From Acidimicrobiales bacterium (GTDB lineage Bacteria > Actinomycetota > Acidimicrobiia > Acidimicrobiales > VFJN01), in NCBI GenBank assembly GCA_036563805.1, contig DATCLS010000058.1, forward strand, positions 25,911 to 89,910: 64,000 nt of DNA, written 5' to 3'. The position numbers were made by a program, and so were the translations under genes. Position 1 is the stretch's first letter. Each line of letters starts with the position of its first letter. Below the pieces are notes generated by a model. The model was given only the letters and a program-made list of their open reading frames with translations, did not search any database and was not told the origin of the DNA. Of this stretch, positions 41,478 to 51,805 are shown in pieces.

Positions 41478-42533
41478 CTAGGCCGGGCCGACGTTGCGGG
41501 CCGGCACGTCGACGTCCACCAGCGGCGGGGCGCTGTCGAGGGAGTTCAGCACCCGGATCATGTCGCGGAACCCGGCGCCCTGCCGCACCGAGAACCGCAG
41601 CACCAGCCGGGGCAGGTCGAGCTTGTCGTTGTCCGACACCTCGGGCCGCAGCGGCTCGCTCCGCTCGATGCCGCCCTCCACGCACAGGTGCCCGAACCGC
41701 TCGTTGAGCATGGCCAGCTCCTCGTCGGTGGGCTCGGCCCGGAGCCGCACGACCAGCCGTTGCCCCACCCAGCGGATCGAGTCGTAGTTGCGCCAGAACC
41801 CCCGGATCTCCCGCGCGGCGGCGTCGACGTCGTCGGTGATCGTGTACAGGTTGGTGTCGCCGGGGGAGATAAGCCCCTTCTCGACCAGCTCGCCCCGCAC
41901 GAACCGCTCCCAGGACTCCCAGTAGGTCTCGCCGGGCAGGTCGAGCAGCACGAGCGGCGCCGGGGTGGCCTTGCCGGTCTGCATGAGGGTGAGCAGCTCC
42001 AGCACCTCGTCCTGGGTGCCGAACCCGCCGGGCAGGGCCACGAAGCCGCTCGACTCCTTCATGAGCATGAGCTTGCGGGTGAAGAAGTACTTCATGCTCA
42101 CGACCCGGTCGGAGCCCTCGAGCAGCTCGTTGGCGCCCTCCTCGAACGGGAGGCGGATCGTCACGCCGAAGCTGCGATCGGCGCCGGCGCCCTCGGTGGC
42201 GGCGGCCATGATGCCGGGACCGGCGCCGGTGACGACCATCCAGCCGGCGTCGGCCAGCAGCCGGGCCAGCTCGCGGGCCCGGTCGTAGAGCGGGTCGGTG
42301 GGGTGGGTGCGGGCCGAGCCGAACACCGTGACCTTCGGGATGTGGGCGTAGGGCGCGAACATCCGGAACGCGGTCGTCATCTCCTTGACCGCGTCGCGGG
42401 TGATCTTCAGGTCGAGCCGGTCGACGTCGGCCGCGGCCAGCTCGTAGGTGTTGCGCAGGATCTCGGCCAGCACGTCGCGGTTGCGGCTGGCCCCCGCCTG
42501 GTCGAGGAGCTGGTTGATGAGGTGACGATCCAT
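41478..42533 (-). CDS. LOG family (TIGR00730) nucleotide phosphoribohydrolase, long form
   Basis: VTVFGSAR, VVTGAGPGIMAAATEGA, PGGFGTQDEVLE. Confidence 0.85.
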   Translation of the reverse strand: MDRHLINQLLDQAGASRNRDVLAEILRNTYELAAADVDRLDLKITRDAVKEMTTAFRMFAPYAHIPKVTVFGSARTHPTDPLYDRARELARLLADAGWMVVTGAGPGIMAAATEGAGADRSFGVTIRLPFEEGANELLEGSDRVVSMKYFFTRKLMLMKESSGFVALPGGFGTQDEVLELLTLMQTGKATPAPLVLLDLPGETYWESWERFVRGELVEKGLISPGDTNLYTITDDVDAAAREIRGFWRNYDSIRWVGQRLVVRLRAEPTDEELAMLNERFGHLCVEGGIERSEPLRPEVSDNDKLDLPRLVLRFSVRQGAGFRDMIRVLNSLDSAPPLVDVDVPARNVGPA

Positions 42534-42572
42534 CGTGGTGTCAGCCTGGCACGCCGGCGGCCGGGTCCGGCG

Positions 42573-42597
42573 CGGCGGGGCCGATCGGGCCCCGCCG
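42573..42597 (-). terminator. 10-bp stem hairpin downstream of fbiC
   Basis: cggcggggcc gatcg ggccccgccg; no U-tract. Confidence 0.3.
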
Positions 42598-42680
42598 GCC
42601 CCCTCAGGGCCCCGGCCACGCCGGTCGGGGCACCGGCAGGCGGTCGCCCCGGGCGTCAGCGCCGCCCGGGCCCGCGCCCG

Positions 42681-45047
42681 TCAGGGCACGGCGACCGGCT
42701 CGATGGGCTCGACCGGCTCGTAGAGCGTGGTCCGCTGGCGCAGGGGCCGGCCCAGCGGCGCAACCAGCTCCTCGAAGTCGTCGTGGCCCATGGCCTGGCC
42801 GTGGGCGGCGCCAGCGGCCCGGGAGATGTTCTCGTCCATGAGCGTGCCTCCCAGGTCGTTGCACCCGGCCTGGAGGAGCTGGCGGGCGGCGTCGCGGCCC
42901 AGCTTCACCCACGACAGCTGGATGTTGTCGATGAAGCCGGCGTACGCGATGCGGGCCACGGCGTGGACGAGCAGCGCCTCGCGGAACGTCGGGCCCCGCC
43001 GGGCCTTGCGCTGCAGGTAGATGGGCGAGGCCATGTGCACGAACGGCAGCCCGACGAACTCCGTGAACCCGCCGGTCTCGGCCTGGAGGTCGCGGGTGAG
43101 CAGCAGGTGCCGGGCCCACGACCGGGGCGACTCGACCGCCCCGAACATGATCGTCACGTTGGAGCGGAGGCCGACCTGGTGGGCGACGCGGTGGCACTCC
43201 AGCCACTCCTCGGTGCTGATCTTGTCGGGGCAGAGGACGGCCCGGACCTCGTCGTCGAGGATCTCGGCCGCGGTGCCGGGCAGGGTCCGCAGACCGGCGT
43301 CCATGAGCCGCCGCAGGTAGACGTCGAGGGGCTCGCCCAAGCGCCGGGCGCCCTCGGTGACCTCCAGCGCCGTGAACCCGTGCACGTGGATGTCGGGCGC
43401 GGCCTGCTTCACCGCCCGGGTGACGTCGATGTAGTACTCGCCGTCGAAGTCGGGGTGGATGCCGCCCTGGAGGCACACCTCGGTCGCCCCCAGCTCGTAG
43501 GCCTCGCGGGCCCGCTCGGCGATGTCGTCGAGGGTCAGCAGGTAGGGCGTGCCCCGCAGGTTGAGCGACAGCGGGCCCTTGGAGAACCCGCAGAACCGGC
43601 ACTTGAACGTGCAGACGTTCGTGTAGTTGATGTTGCGGTTCTGGACGTAGGTGACCGTGTCGCCCACGATCCGTCGGCGCAGCTCGTCGGCCAGCTCGGC
43701 CACCGCCGCCACCTCGGCGCCCCGCGCCGAGAACAGCGTGACCAGCTCGTCCTCGCCGGGCACCTGGCCGGCCCGCACGCCGTCGAGCACCTCGGCCACC
43801 GCGCCCCGCACGGCTCGCGGCGCCCCGGCCGGGCGGGGCACCAGCGTCGGCGGGGTGGCGGGCGCCCCCGAGTACCACGCGGTGGAGCGCACGCCGGTCA
43901 GCACGACGTCGGCCCCGGTGCCGGCCTTGGCGTTGGCGAGCGTCCGCTCGGGGAACACCGAGCCGGGGTCGTCGCGGCCCAGACCCTCGGCGTCGCTGCG
44001 GTCGAGGACCGGGAAGCGCAGGCCCTCGTCCAGCCAACGCTCGGGGTCGGCGGCGATGTGCGGGTAGACGGTCAGGCGGGGCGCCAGGGCGAACCCCCGG
44101 GCCTCGGTCACCTCCCGCAGGCGGTCGAGGGCGGGCCAGGGCCGCTCGGGGTTCACGTGGTCGGCCGTGATCGGCGACACGCCGCCCCAGTCGTCGATGC
44201 CTGCGTCGAGCAGCACGCCGAAGTCGTCGGCCAGGTTGGGCGGCGCCTGGACGTGGACGTCGTCGGGCAGCACCAGGCGGGCCAGCGCGATGGCCTCGAG
44301 GTGGACCTCCATCGGGCAGGGCTCGGCCCGGTGCATGGCGGTGCCCGGCTTGGGCAGGAAGTTCTGGACGATCACCTCCTGCACGTGGCCCCACCGCCGG
44401 TGGGAGGCGGCGATGGCCTCCAGCGCCGCCAGCCGGTCGGCGCGGGTCTCGCCGATCCCGACCAGGATGCCGGTGGTGAACGGAATGGCCAGCCGGCCGG
44501 CGGCCTCGAGCGTGGCCAGGCGCCGCTCGGGCGTCTTGTCGGGCGAGCCCCGGTGGGCGTCGAGGTCGGCGCGCAACGTCTCGAGCATCATCCCCTGGCT
44601 GGGCGCGACCGGCCGCAGGAGGGCGAGCTCGTCCTCCTCCAGGGCGCCGGCGTTGGCGTGGGGGAGAAGGCCCGTCTCCTCGACCACCAGCCGGCACATC
44701 TCCGCCAGGTAGTGGACGGTCGAGTCGTAGCCCCGGGCCGCCAGCCACTCGGCGGCCGCCGGATACCGCAGCTCGGGCCGCTCGCCGAGCGTGAACAGGG
44801 CCTCGTGGCAGCCCGCCTGGGCGCCCGCCCGGGCGATGGCCAGCACGTCGTCGGGCTCGAGGTAGGGCTTTTCGAGCCGGGCGGGAGGCTGGGCGAAGGT
44901 GCAGTAGCCGCAGCGGTCGCGGCACAACATCGTGAGCGGGATGAAGACCTTGGGGGAGTAGGTCACCCGGGTGCCGGTGGCACGGTCACGACGGTCGCTG
45001 GCCCGAGCGAGCAGGTCGTCGAGCGGCAGGTCGAGCAGACTCGGCAT
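42681..45047 (-). CDS. fbiC: FO synthase, fused CofG/CofH (7,8-didemethyl-8-hydroxy-5-deazariboflavin synthase)
   Basis: 788 aa with two radical-SAM motifs (CRDRCGYCTF and CTFKCRFCGF). Minus-strand TAGCCT, 8 nt, ATG. Confidence 0.95.
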   Translation of the reverse strand: MPSLLDLPLDDLLARASDRRDRATGTRVTYSPKVFIPLTMLCRDRCGYCTFAQPPARLEKPYLEPDDVLAIARAGAQAGCHEALFTLGERPELRYPAAAEWLAARGYDSTVHYLAEMCRLVVEETGLLPHANAGALEEDELALLRPVAPSQGMMLETLRADLDAHRGSPDKTPERRLATLEAAGRLAIPFTTGILVGIGETRADRLAALEAIAASHRRWGHVQEVIVQNFLPKPGTAMHRAEPCPMEVHLEAIALARLVLPDDVHVQAPPNLADDFGVLLDAGIDDWGGVSPITADHVNPERPWPALDRLREVTEARGFALAPRLTVYPHIAADPERWLDEGLRFPVLDRSDAEGLGRDDPGSVFPERTLANAKAGTGADVVLTGVRSTAWYSGAPATPPTLVPRPAGAPRAVRGAVAEVLDGVRAGQVPGEDELVTLFSARGAEVAAVAELADELRRRIVGDTVTYVQNRNINYTNVCTFKCRFCGFSKGPLSLNLRGTPYLLTLDDIAERAREAYELGATEVCLQGGIHPDFDGEYYIDVTRAVKQAAPDIHVHGFTALEVTEGARRLGEPLDVYLRRLMDAGLRTLPGTAAEILDDEVRAVLCPDKISTEEWLECHRVAHQVGLRSNVTIMFGAVESPRSWARHLLLTRDLQAETGGFTEFVGLPFVHMASPIYLQRKARRGPTFREALLVHAVARIAYAGFIDNIQLSWVKLGRDAARQLLQAGCNDLGGTLMDENISRAAGAAHGQAMGHDDFEELVAPLGRPLRQRTTLYEPVEPIEPVAVP

Positions 45048-45055
45048 CGCCGGGC

Positions 45056-45061
45056 AGGCTA
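45056..45061 (-). promoter_or_regulatory. -10-like hexamer (fbiC)
   Basis: Minus strand TAGCCT, 8 nt, ATG 45047. Confidence 0.5.
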
Positions 45062-45163
45062 TCGGCGGCGGGGCTCGTGCGGTCAGCCCGGCCCGGCGGC
45101 CGGTCCGGCCCGCCGCCGGGCCCCGGTCTCCGGCGCCGCCGCCGGGCGGGGACCCGGCGGCCG

Positions 45164-46666
45164 TCAGTCCCGGGCGGCCCGGTCGGGCACCACCGGCTCG
45201 TAGATCGGGGTGGGGGCCCGCTGACCCCGGAGGCCCACCGTCCCCACGTCCCGCCAGCGGCGGGCCTCGCGGCCGCCCCGGCGCACCACCGCGCCCGATG
45301 CCAGCACCTTGGTCCGCCGCCCCTTGGCCACCTCGGTGAGCCGGGCCGCCTCGTTCACCGCCGGTCCGATCACCGTGTACTCGTAGCGGGCCTCGGTGCC
45401 GACGTTGCCGGCCACGACCTGGCCCGACGACACGCCGATGCCGGCCTCGAGGCCCGGGTGCCGGGCGCGCAGCGCTCCGATCGCCTGGTGCAGCAGCCGG
45501 GCCGCCCGCAGGGCCCGCTCGGGGTGGTCGGGCTGCGTGGCCGGCACGCCGAACACGCACAGCGCCCCGTCACCCTCGAACTTGTTGACCCAGCCGCCTT
45601 GGCCGTCGACCGTGCGGACGACCACGCCGAAGAAGTCGTTGAGCGTGTCCACCACCTCGTCGGGCGGCAGGACCTCGGCCATGGCCGTCGAGCCGACCAG
45701 GTCGACGAACACGATGCTGGCCTCGGCCTGCTCGCCGCCCAGCCCCGTGCCCTTGGCCAGCGCCTGGGCGGCCACCTCCTGGCCCACGTGCCGGCCGAAC
45801 AGGTCGCGCAACTGCCGGCGCTCCCGCAGGCCCTCGACCATCTGGTTGAACCCGGCCTGGACCTCGCCGACCTCGCCGCCGTCGTCGACCACCAACCCCA
45901 CCGACAGGTCGTCGTCGCGGACCCTGGCCAGGGCGTCGCGGACGTTGTCGAGCGGCTCGGCCAGGCTCCAGGCCGAGGTGAGCGTGGCCAGCAGCCCGGC
46001 CGCGAGGCCAGCGAAGGCCACGCACGCCAGCGCCGGGCGGGTCAGGTCCTGGCCGCCGAACGTCACGTCGACGGCGATGGCCAGGAGCGGGATGCCCGAG
46101 CCGGCGGCCCACCCGACGAACAGGCGCATGCGGATGCCCATCGTCCGGGGCCGCCCGTGCCGGCTGGGAACCTGGTCGAGCACGTGGACGAGCAGCGGCC
46201 GGAACGACCGCTCGATCAGCAGGTAGCTGAGCGCGCTGGTGGTGAGCCCGCCGAGCACGCTGGCCTCGACCACGGCGATCACCAGGTCGGCCTCGGCGCC
46301 GCCCAGGGCGGAGAGCGCGGCGTACAGGGCGGCGCCCACCAGCCAGAACACGAGGGGGCCGAGGGCCTGGCGCCAGGGCTGGCGCAGCATCTCGCCCCGC
46401 TCGGCTTCGGTCGGCGGCCGCTCCTCGAGCGCCCACTGGACCGACCGGGTGAACGACCGGTGCCCCCAGGCGTAGGCGGCCACGAACAGCCCCAGCATGG
46501 GCACGAACCAGGTGAGCACCTCGAGCGCCACGGGCAGCTCGGGCGCCAGCCGGCCCGAGGAGAGGAAGATGATCGTCATGACCGCCAGGCCGCCCGCCAG
46601 GTTGGCGAACAGCAGGCGGAGCCGGACGCTCCACCGGACCCGCTGGACCGCCCGGGTGAGCGTCAC
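45164..46666 (-). CDS. membrane-anchored class III adenylate/guanylate cyclase with a HAMP domain
   Basis: Multi-TM N-terminus, HAMP (LAEPLDNVRDALARV..), catalytic IVFVDLVGSTAM..KFEGDGALCVFG. Starts 18 nt after the pgl stop. Confidence 0.9.
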   Translation of the reverse strand: MTLTRAVQRVRWSVRLRLLFANLAGGLAVMTIIFLSSGRLAPELPVALEVLTWFVPMLGLFVAAYAWGHRSFTRSVQWALEERPPTEAERGEMLRQPWRQALGPLVFWLVGAALYAALSALGGAEADLVIAVVEASVLGGLTTSALSYLLIERSFRPLLVHVLDQVPSRHGRPRTMGIRMRLFVGWAAGSGIPLLAIAVDVTFGGQDLTRPALACVAFAGLAAGLLATLTSAWSLAEPLDNVRDALARVRDDDLSVGLVVDDGGEVGEVQAGFNQMVEGLRERRQLRDLFGRHVGQEVAAQALAKGTGLGGEQAEASIVFVDLVGSTAMAEVLPPDEVVDTLNDFFGVVVRTVDGQGGWVNKFEGDGALCVFGVPATQPDHPERALRAARLLHQAIGALRARHPGLEAGIGVSSGQVVAGNVGTEARYEYTVIGPAVNEAARLTEVAKGRRTKVLASGAVVRRGGREARRWRDVGTVGLRGQRAPTPIYEPVVPDRAARD

Positions 46667-46684
46667 GGGGCCCTCGCCTCGGGG

Positions 46685-47359
46685 TCAGGCCAGGTCGCCG
46701 GCGGCGGCCGGGTCGACGAGCCACAGGACCCGGTCGGCCCGGATCTGGGCGGCGGGCACGCCGGGGTCGCCGGCCGCCACCTTGGCCAGCGCCTCACGCT
46801 TCTCCTCGCCCGACACCGTGACCAGCACGAGCCGGGCCCGGGCGATGCCGGCGTAGGTGAGCGTCATGCGCCGGTGGGGGTTGCGGCCGCTCGGGTCCTC
46901 GTTCATGACCACGAGCCGGCCCGGGTCGGCGTCGAGCGCCGGCGAGCCGGGGAACAGCGAGGCCGTGTGGCCGTCGACGCCGAGCCCGAGGTGGATGACG
47001 TCGACGCGCCCGAGCTCGCCCAGGCGCAGCTGGTAGGGGTCGGGGCCCTCCTCGCACCGCATCGGGTAGTTGGCGTTGACCGCCCCGACCCGCTCGAGGA
47101 GCGCTTCCCGCCCGAGCCGGTAGTTGGACTCGGGGTGGTCGAGCGGCACGCAGCGCTCGTCGCCCCAGTAGACGTCGACCTTCCACCAGTCGACCTGGCT
47201 GCCGGCGTCGTCGGCCAGCCGCTCGTAGCAGCGCCGGGCCGTCTCCCCGCCGCTCAGGGCCAGCGAGAAGCTGTCGTGCGGCCGGCTGTGGAACGCCTCG
47301 ATGACGCGCTCGGCGAACTCGCCGGGAACGTCATCGACCACTACGAGTTCGCCGTGCAC
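46685..47359 (-). CDS. pgl: 6-phosphogluconolactonase
   Basis: LALSGGETA.., WWKVDVYWGDERCVP, LGLGVDGHTASLFP. SD GGGGAGG upstream of the GTG. Confidence 0.85.
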   Translation of the reverse strand: MHGELVVVDDVPGEFAERVIEAFHSRPHDSFSLALSGGETARRCYERLADDAGSQVDWWKVDVYWGDERCVPLDHPESNYRLGREALLERVGAVNANYPMRCEEGPDPYQLRLGELGRVDVIHLGLGVDGHTASLFPGSPALDADPGRLVVMNEDPSGRNPHRRMTLTYAGIARARLVLVTVSGEEKREALAKVAAGDPGVPAAQIRADRVLWLVDPAAAGDLA

Positions 47360-47444
47360 ACTGCCTCCCCATGGTGGCGCCGGGCGGCGTCGGCGTCGTG
47401 CGTCCGGGGGACCGGCCCCCTGCCGGCCGGTCGGCTCCCCGTCT

Positions 47445-48548
47445 TCAGGCCGACCGTCCCGACAGATCTGCCGCCTTGCTGGACAATGTCGTGATGAGCT
47501 CGTCGAAGCTCTTCGCGAACGATGCCACACCTTGGTCCTCGAGGACACGGCTCACGTCGTCGAGGTCGACACCGACCGTACCGATGGCGTCGAGCGTGGC
47601 CCGGGCCGCGTCGGGGTCGGCGTCGACCGTGCGGGCGAGCGTGCCGTGGTCCTCGAAGGCCTCGAGGGTGCCCTCGGGCATCGTGTTGACCGTGTCGGGC
47701 CCGATGAGCGGGTCGACGTAGAGCGTGTCGGGATAGGCGGGGTTTTTCGTCGACGTCGAGGCCCACAGCGGGCGCTGGACCCGGGCGCCCCGGGCCGCCA
47801 GCGCCTCCCACCGGGGGCCCTGGAACCGCTCGCGGAACAGGGCGTAGGCACACTGGGCCTGGGCCACGGCGGCCTTGCCCCGCAGCGCCAGCGCCTCGGG
47901 CGTGCCGATCTCCTCGAGCCGGCGGTCGACCTCGGTGTCGACCCGGCTGACGAAGAACGACGCCACGCTGGCCACGCCGGACAGGTCGCCGGCGCGGGCC
48001 TCGAGCCCGGACAGGTAGGCCTCGATCACCTCGGCGTAGCGGTCGAGCCCGAAGATGAGCGTGACGTTGATGCTCCGGCCGTCCGCGATCAGCTCGCGGA
48101 TCGCCTCGACGCCCTCGGCCGTGGCCGGGACCTTGACGAACAGGTTGGGCTCGGCGATGCGGTCGTGCAGCTCCTTGGCCGAGGCGACGGTGCGATCGCG
48201 GTCGCGGGCCAGGTCGGGCGCGACCTCCAGCGACACGTAGCCGTCGACGCCGCCGCTCTCGTCGTGGACCGGCCGCAGGACGCGCAGGGCGTCGCGGATG
48301 TCGTCGATGACCATCGCCCAGTAGGCGTCCTCGACCGACGTGCCCCGGCCGGCCAGGTCGCCGAACTGCTCGTCGTAGCGGTCGGAGCTCGAGATCGCCT
48401 TCTGGAAGATCGTGGGGTTGGACGTGATGCCCCGGACGCCGCGCTCGACCCACCGCTCCAGCTCGCCGTCGACCAGCCAGCCCCGGTGGAGGTTGTCGAG
48501 CCACGGGCTTTGGCCGTGCTCGCGGTAGAGATCCTGGAGCCGTGTCAT
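47445..48548 (-). CDS. tal: transaldolase
   Basis: GQSPWLDNL.., GITSNPTIF, NLFVKVPAT. The ATG overlaps the tkt stop (ATGA). Confidence 0.95.
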   Translation of the reverse strand: MTRLQDLYREHGQSPWLDNLHRGWLVDGELERWVERGVRGITSNPTIFQKAISSSDRYDEQFGDLAGRGTSVEDAYWAMVIDDIRDALRVLRPVHDESGGVDGYVSLEVAPDLARDRDRTVASAKELHDRIAEPNLFVKVPATAEGVEAIRELIADGRSINVTLIFGLDRYAEVIEAYLSGLEARAGDLSGVASVASFFVSRVDTEVDRRLEEIGTPEALALRGKAAVAQAQCAYALFRERFQGPRWEALAARGARVQRPLWASTSTKNPAYPDTLYVDPLIGPDTVNTMPEGTLEAFEDHGTLARTVDADPDAARATLDAIGTVGVDLDDVSRVLEDQGVASFAKSFDELITTLSSKAADLSGRSA

Positions 48549-50527
48549 GCGGAGGCCTCCTCCCGCAGGTCGTCGATCAGCCGGCGGGCCCGCTCGGCCA
48601 CGTTGTCGGGCGTGTAGCCGAAGTTGGCGAGCGCCACCGCCCCGGGGGCCGAGGCACCGAACCGGTCGATGCTCACGCTGTCGTCGGCCCACCGGTCCCA
48701 GCCGAGGCTGGCGGCGGCCTCGACGGCCAGCGTGGGGACCGGCGGCGGCAGCACCGAGTCCTGATAGTCGTCGGGCTGGGCCGCGAACAGGTCCCACGAC
48801 GGCATGGACACGACCCGGGCCCGCGTGCCCTCGGCGCCGAGCAGCCCGGCGGCCTCGACGCACACGGCCACCTCGCTGCCGGTGCCGATGAGCACGACGT
48901 CGGGGTCGGCCACGTCGACGAGCACGTAGGCCCCCCGCTCGACCGGGGCGCCGGCCGTCCCGGCCAGGACCGGCACGTTCTGGCGGGTGAGGACGAGCGC
49001 GGTGGGGCCGTCGGACGTCACGGCGATGCGCCAGGCGGCCGCCGTCTCGTTGGCGTCGGCCGGACGGATGAGCCGGAGCCCGGGGAGCGCCCGGAGGGCG
49101 GCGAGGTGCTCGATGGGCTGGTGGGTCGGCCCGTCCTCGCCGAGGGCGACCGAGTCGTGGGTGAACACGAACACGGCTTTGGCCTCGGACATTGCGGCCA
49201 GGCGCACGGCCGGCTTCATGTAGTCGCTGAACACGAAGAACGTGCCCCCGACCGGGATCACGCCGCCGTGCAACGCCATGCCGTTGAGCGCCGCGCCCAT
49301 GGCGTGCTCGCGGACGCCGAAGTAGATCTGCCGGCCGCCCGGGTCCTCGCGGGACTGCACGCCCAGGCCCTTGATCGCCGTGCCGGTGTTGCCGGTGAGG
49401 TCGCCGCCGCCGCCGATCAGGCCCGGCACCTTCTCGCTCAGGGCCTGGAGGCAGGCGCCGCTGGCCTTGCGGGTGGCGACCTTCTCGCCCGGCTCCCAGC
49501 TCGGGAGCGTGTCCTCCCAACCGGGGAGACCGGTGCCGGCCATGCAGGCCTCGTAGGCGGCCCGGTCGCCGTCGTAGGCGGCCAGGCGCTTCTCCCACTG
49601 CTCGCGGGCGTCGCGGCCCCGGCGCCCGGCGGCCCGGTACAGCTCGGCGACGTCGTCGGGCACCCAGAACGTCTCGTCGGGCGGGAGGCCGAGGATCTCC
49701 TTGGTGCGGGCGACCTCCTCCTCGCCGAGCGGGCTGCCGTGGGCCTCGGCCGTGTCGGTGAACTGCGGCGACGGCCAGCCGATGTGGCTACGCAGCACGA
49801 GCAGCGACGGCCGGTCCTCGACCTCGACGGCCCGGCGCAGCGCCGCTTCGAGGGCGTCGGTATCGTTGGCCACCTCGCCCAGCTTCTCGACGTGCCAGCC
49901 GTAGCTCTCGAACCGGCCGGCGGCGTCGTCGGAGTAGGCCAGCTCGGTCTCGCCGTCGATCGTGATGTGGTTGTCGTCGTAGACGACGATCAGGCGGCCG
50001 AGGCCGAGGTGGCCGGCCAGCGAGGCGGCCTCGTGGCTGATGCCCTCCATGAGGTCGCCGTCGCTGCAGATCACGTAGGTGCGGTGGTCGCACAGCTCGG
50101 GCCCGAACCGGGCCCGCAGCCACCGCTCGGCCAGCGCCAGACCCACGGAGTTGCCGATGCCCTGGCCCAGCGGGCCCGTCGTGACCTCGACGCCCGGGGT
50201 GTGGTGGACCTCGGGGTGGCCCGGCGTGTGCGAGCCCCACTGCCGGAACGCCCGCAGGTCGTCACGGGTCAGCCCGTAGCCGGTCAGGTGGAGCATCGAG
50301 TAGAGGAGGATCGACGCGTGGCCGGCCGACAGGACGAATCGGTCGCGGTCGGGCCAGTGGGGGGCCTCGGCGTCGTAGTCGAGGATCCGGGTCCACAGCA
50401 CGTGGGCCAGCGGGGCGAGCGCCATCGCAGTGCCGGGGTGACCGCTGTTGGCCGCCTGGGGCGCGTCCATGGCCAGGCCGCGGATGACGTTGATCGCTCG
50501 CTGCTCGAGGGCGGGGTCGGCGCTCAT
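48545..50527 (-). CDS. tkt: transketolase
   Basis: 660 aa; SGHPGTAMALAP, RDRFVLSAGHAS, GEDGPTHQPIEH. Confidence 0.95.
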   Translation of the reverse strand: MSADPALEQRAINVIRGLAMDAPQAANSGHPGTAMALAPLAHVLWTRILDYDAEAPHWPDRDRFVLSAGHASILLYSMLHLTGYGLTRDDLRAFRQWGSHTPGHPEVHHTPGVEVTTGPLGQGIGNSVGLALAERWLRARFGPELCDHRTYVICSDGDLMEGISHEAASLAGHLGLGRLIVVYDDNHITIDGETELAYSDDAAGRFESYGWHVEKLGEVANDTDALEAALRRAVEVEDRPSLLVLRSHIGWPSPQFTDTAEAHGSPLGEEEVARTKEILGLPPDETFWVPDDVAELYRAAGRRGRDAREQWEKRLAAYDGDRAAYEACMAGTGLPGWEDTLPSWEPGEKVATRKASGACLQALSEKVPGLIGGGGDLTGNTGTAIKGLGVQSREDPGGRQIYFGVREHAMGAALNGMALHGGVIPVGGTFFVFSDYMKPAVRLAAMSEAKAVFVFTHDSVALGEDGPTHQPIEHLAALRALPGLRLIRPADANETAAAWRIAVTSDGPTALVLTRQNVPVLAGTAGAPVERGAYVLVDVADPDVVLIGTGSEVAVCVEAAGLLGAEGTRARVVSMPSWDLFAAQPDDYQDSVLPPPVPTLAVEAAASLGWDRWADDSVSIDRFGASAPGAVALANFGYTPDNVAERARRLIDDLREEASA

Positions 50528-50646
50528 GCGCTCACAACCCTACTGACCGGCCCGGGGACCTCCGATCGCCCTGGTCGATGGCCGGTGGCGCCTGGTCCCC
50601 GGCCGGTGCCGACTGGGGGAAAGGGCCGGTCAACCCGAAGGCGCCG

Positions 50647-51795
50647 TCAGGTGGCGGGAAACAGCACGACGCTGGCGGTGAAGCCGTGCGTGTAGCTGCG
50701 CCCACCGACCGGGCCCAGCTCGCCGGCGCACGACATGCCGGCCACCGCGTCGGAGCCGATGGCGTCGGCCACCGCCCGGGCGTCGTGGTCGGGCCCGTCG
50801 AACATGTTCGTGCCCCGCCCGTTGCACGTGAACAGCAGGGCGCCGTCGCCCAGGCCCGGGGCGAGCAGGGCGTGCAGGTCCTCGTCGGCGGCGGCCGCGT
50901 CGCGGACCTGGAACTGGACGGTCCGGCCCACAGGGATCGTGTCGCCCACGACCAGGGCCTTGGTCGCCCGGTCCGCGCCGAGCACGGCCCGGATCAGGAA
51001 ATCGCCCCGGCCGAACGTCTCCTTGTGCTCGTCGACCGCGACGCCGATGTGGAGGCCGGTGGCCAGCAGTGCCCGGTCCTCGGGGCCGACGCCCTCGGCC
51101 AGCTCGGCCACCCGCTCCAGCGCCGGCTTGCCGGCCAGCTCGGCCAGCACGTTGCCGTCGGCGCGGGTCACGATCATCGGGTCGCCCACCGGCCGGCACC
51201 CCTGGGACACGACGGTGGTGGTGGCGACCGACCGGTCGAGCAGCACGCCGACGGCCCCGTGGCTGACCACCTCGTCGTCGAGCACCAGACGGTTGCCGCC
51301 GGCGCCCGCCGCCGCCGAGGCCAGGCCGCCCACGACGCGCACGCCGGAGCCGGTGGCGTCCACGGCGTCCAGCACCTCGTCGACCGGCAGCGAGTAGGGG
51401 TCGACCAGCAGGATCAGCGTCCCGCCCTCGGGCAGGTCGGCGACCGGCAGGCCCTGGATGGCCACGCCCGAGGGGGTGCGGACCGCCGTCACCCGGACCG
51501 GCCGGGGCACGGCCGGCAGGGTGGCGGCCCACAGGCTGACGGCCGGGCCGTCCTCGACCTCGCGGGGCCCGCCGATGACGGCCCCGGCGGCCGCGCCGAT
51601 CAGCACCCGGGGCGACACGAGCGCCCGCACGGTGCCGGCCATGTCGCCGATCGCGTCGCGGTGGCCCGGCGAGCAGAACAGCACGGCCAGGTCGGGCACG
51701 CGCCCGTCGCCCAGCTGGTCGAGCACCCGCCCGACCACCTCGCCGGTGGCCTCGGCGGGTTCGGGGTGTTGGGACAGCGCGGTGGCGAACGGCAT
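50647..51795 (-). CDS. FIST N/C domain signal-transduction protein
   Basis: 382 aa. N-terminus PDLAVLFCSPGH.., C-terminus FTCNGRGTNMF..; typical FIST architecture. Confidence 0.8.
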   Translation of the reverse strand: MPFATALSQHPEPAEATGEVVGRVLDQLGDGRVPDLAVLFCSPGHRDAIGDMAGTVRALVSPRVLIGAAAGAVIGGPREVEDGPAVSLWAATLPAVPRPVRVTAVRTPSGVAIQGLPVADLPEGGTLILLVDPYSLPVDEVLDAVDATGSGVRVVGGLASAAAGAGGNRLVLDDEVVSHGAVGVLLDRSVATTTVVSQGCRPVGDPMIVTRADGNVLAELAGKPALERVAELAEGVGPEDRALLATGLHIGVAVDEHKETFGRGDFLIRAVLGADRATKALVVGDTIPVGRTVQFQVRDAAAADEDLHALLAPGLGDGALLFTCNGRGTNMFDGPDHDARAVADAIGSDAVAGMSCAGELGPVGGRSYTHGFTASVVLFPAT

Positions 51796-51805
51796 CGTCG
51801 GCGGA

